Assembly: GCA_964534775.1 (NCBI GenBank)
Contig: CAZHPE010000005.1
Span: 1-35,610, forward strand
Length of the DNA: 35,610 nt
Source of the DNA: an uncultured candidatus Brocadiaceae bacterium
Lineage (GTDB): Bacteria > Planctomycetota > Brocadiia > SM23-32
Reading direction: 5' to 3'
Shown here: in pieces, positions 33,897 to 35,610 of the stretch
Numbering within the stretch: the stretch's first letter is position 1
How the letters are laid out: each line of letters begins with the position of its first letter
The notes under the pieces: model-generated
Database searches by the model: none
Told to the model about the DNA's origin: nothing
Seen by the model: the letters and a program-made list of their open reading frames with translations, nothing else
Position numbers and translations under genes: made by a program

Positions 33897-34961
33897 TCAG
33901 TCCATTGAATTGATCTCGGCCAAAAGCGCGTCGGCCAAAGCCGATGCCTCTACTTTCTTGACCCGTTTTCCTGCGCGAAAGACGTAGCCGAAGTCCCCGC
34001 CGCCCGCAATGCCCACGTCGGCTTCGGCCGCTTCCCCCGGGCCGTTGACCACGCAGCCCATTATGGCCACCTTGAGTTTCTTGCGGGAACCTTTAAGCCT
34101 CCGGCCAACCTCCAGCGTCAGTCCGACAAGGTCGATTCTGCACCGTCCGCACGTGGGGCAGGAGAGTATCTCCGGTCCTTCGACGGGCCGCAGCCCAAGG
34201 CTCTCAAGGATTCTCAATCCCGCGTCCACCTCTGCGTGCGGCGGCCCCGTCATGCTGACGCGGATCGTGTCGCCTATGCCTTCTGCCAGCAAGGCGCCTA
34301 TGCCAACGGAGCTTCTGACCAGGCTGGCCTCGGGCGGGCCGGACGCCGTCACCCCGAGGTGAAGCGGATAGTCGCACGCCTGCGCAGCCAGGCGGTAAGC
34401 CATGATAGTAGTGGGCACGTCGCTCGCCTTGAGGCTCAGCACAATGCTGCCGCAGCCTTCCGACTCGGCCAGCTCGCAACAGTTGAGCGCCTCGCGGACC
34501 ATCAGCTCCGCGAGATCGCCTTCGTGCGATTTCACTTCCAGGCCGCGCCTCGGCCTCACGGAACCCGAGTTCACGCCGATCCGCACCTTTCTGCCCGCTG
34601 CAGCGGCTTTACGGAAGACCTCCCGCAGCCCGTCCTCGTCGCTCATGTTACCGGGGTTGACCCGCACGCCGTGCGCCCCGCTCTCCAGCGCGATGATGGC
34701 GAGGCGGTGATCGAAGTGACAGTCCGCGATTACCGGCAGGGGCGAGTGCCTGACGATCTCCTCCAGGGCCGCCCCGGCCTTGCGACTGGGCACTGCGCAT
34801 CGGATGATCTCACACCCGATGTCGGCAAGCTCGCGGATCTGCTGCAGGGTTGCACTCGCATCTTCGGTATGGGTCTTGGTCATGGACTGCACGCTCACCG
34901 GCGCACCGGCACCGATGGTTATCCCGCCAACTTCAACGGCCCGTGTCTCTCTGCGTTCCAT
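33897..34961 (-). CDS. ispG: 4-hydroxy-3-methylbut-2-en-1-yl diphosphate synthase
   Basis: Start at ATG 34961 (MERRETRAVEVGG). Motifs 'VQSMTKT', 'SCPTCGRC' and 'IMGCVVNGPGEA'. The upstream in-frame extension to 35312 is not IspG-like. Confidence 0.93.
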   Translation of the reverse strand: MERRETRAVEVGGITIGAGAPVSVQSMTKTHTEDASATLQQIRELADIGCEIIRCAVPSRKAGAALEEIVRHSPLPVIADCHFDHRLAIIALESGAHGVRVNPGNMSDEDGLREVFRKAAAAGRKVRIGVNSGSVRPRRGLEVKSHEGDLAELMVREALNCCELAESEGCGSIVLSLKASDVPTTIMAYRLAAQACDYPLHLGVTASGPPEASLVRSSVGIGALLAEGIGDTIRVSMTGPPHAEVDAGLRILESLGLRPVEGPEILSCPTCGRCRIDLVGLTLEVGRRLKGSRKKLKVAIMGCVVNGPGEAAEADVGIAGGGDFGYVFRAGKRVKKVEASALADALLAEINSMD

Positions 34962-35079
34962 GGGCTGAGCATTTCCGAAGGAAGGACATCGGCGTGTCGC
35001 GCGCTTCTGCAGGCAAGCAATCGACCGGCGGTGGCGCACCGCGCACAGCGCGAAGTTGGGAAGCGAATTGATCTCCACA

Positions 35080-35108
35080 ATTATAGAAGCGTATCGGCGC
35101 AGATTCAA
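35080..35108 (-). promoter_or_regulatory. Sigma70-like promoter candidate for ispG: TTGAAT-N17-TATAAT (minus strand)
   Basis: Reverse complement of 35103-35108 is TTGAAT. The spacer is 17 nt. Reverse complement of 35080-35085 is TATAAT. This lies about 110 nt upstream of the ispG ATG. Confidence 0.45.
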
Positions 35109-35409
35109 AGCTCCGTCGGCCTCGCCGATGACGCGCGCGAAGCCGGCGAAGGTCATGTCGCTCCGATGAAAATGTCTTCGCGAGAGAAAAAGCGGGAAAA
35201 CTTTTCGTATTTCGCAGATAAAGTATTGATTTACGGTCATGATTCTGTACAGTATGATTGTGTTATGCGGGCGCGACCGATGGCCAAGGATGTATCTTGC
35301 TGTTGCGATCACAATCGCCGGTCGTGGGACAGGCAGGCCAGGTCGATGAGCTTTCGGCTCTGAAGATCAGCGACCTGCATCTCTTTTCACTATGTTTGGG
35401 AGGTCTGGG

Positions 35410-35610
35410 ATGGCAAAGAAGGCAGCGAAGAAGAAAGCGGTGAAGAAGAAAGCGGTGAAGAAAGCCGCGAAGAAGAAAGTCGTAAAGAAGAAGGCAACCA
35501 AGAAGAAAGTCGCGAAGAAGAAAGTCGTAAAGAAGAAGGCAACCAAGAAGAAAGCCGCGAAGAAGAAAGTCGTAAAGAAGAAGGCAACCAAGAAGAAAGC
35601 CGCGAAGAAG
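35410..35610 (+). CDS. Lys/Ala-rich histone-H1-like (Hc-like) nucleoid-associated protein, 3'-partial at the window end
   Basis: GGGAGG at 35398-35403, then ATG 35410. The translation is 'MAKKAAKKKAVKKKAVKKAAKKKVVKKKATKKKVAKKKVVKKKATKKKAAKK...'. There is no stop before the window end. It is absent from the ORF track only because it is open-ended. Confidence 0.7.
   Translation, partial: MAKKAAKKKAVKKKAVKKAAKKKVVKKKATKKKVAKKKVVKKKATKKKAAKKKVVKKKATKKKAAKK
35476..35610 (+). repeat. Three 45-bp tandem repeats (units 2 and 3 identical, unit 1 differs at 1 nt), coding for KVVKKKATKKK(A/V)AKK
   Basis: Units are 35476-35520, 35521-35565 and 35566-35610, read directly. The array probably continues beyond the window. 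Confidence 0.9.

Noticed and set aside
34962-35312. 117-codon upstream extension of ispG.
   Set aside because: IspG homology begins at MERRETRAV. The extension crosses an AT-richer promoter-like region that contains a TTGAAT-N17-TATAAT element.
35367-35591. Minus-strand ORFs encoding poly-Phe/Thr/Ala or Ser/Leu repeats.
   Set aside because: These are the antisense reading of the AAG-rich lysine repeat gene, which has an SD and an ATG on the plus strand.
35476-35610. Possible CRISPR array or non-coding satellite.
   Set aside because: The repeats are directly abutting with no spacers. The period is a multiple of 3 and in frame with an SD-led ORF.
1-35610. Scan for defence or mobile hallmarks: CRISPR repeats, cas-like genes, reverse transcriptase/retron/DGR, toxin-antitoxin pairs, restriction-modification, integrase/transposase, and tRNA-flanked islands.
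   Set aside because: No ORF or repeat with such signatures was recognised by eye on either strand. The only candidate 'island' is the lower-GC membrane cluster, which lacks mobility genes.

Overview
High-GC bacterial chromosomal window (my hand counts give about 65-70% GC in most genes). It is densely coding. I found no rRNA, tRNA, CRISPR array, transposase, integrase or reverse transcriptase. Recognisable housekeeping genes are a UvrD/PcrA-type helicase, a TlyA-like rRNA methyltransferase, a C45/AAT Ntn-hydrolase, QueE, an M16 peptidase, an MnmE-like GTPase, an orphan MreD-like gene, IlvD, KdgK, a PHP-domain protein, CspA, an HpcH/HpaI-family aldolase and an ispG-dxr-rseP operon. The centre of the window (12657-25272, minus strand) is an eight-gene, tightly packed membrane cluster. 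It holds three tandem SPFH/Band-7 proteins (one fused to a polytopic N-terminal domain), two ABC-2-like permeases with large extracytoplasmic inserts, an ABC ATPase with a long acidic tail, a P1B-type ATPase with no metal-binding domain and substituted transmembrane metal ligands, and a 612-aa secreted protein with no family I recognise. Most of the cluster has lower GC than its flanks and it is bounded by relic or non-coding DNA. This cluster is my best candidate for an undescribed system, but its function is inference only. Several accessory genes are decayed: a frameshifted glycosyltransferase, a flotillin C-terminal relic, a frameshifted prepilin-type gene and a VWA fragment. The window ends inside a Lys/Ala-rich histone-H1-like gene built from 45-bp tandem repeats. 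The prepilin-type gene and the Lys-rich nucleoid protein hint at a PVC/Planctomycetota-like lineage, which is also inference. All calls rest on reading the translations and on motif memory; no database search was run.
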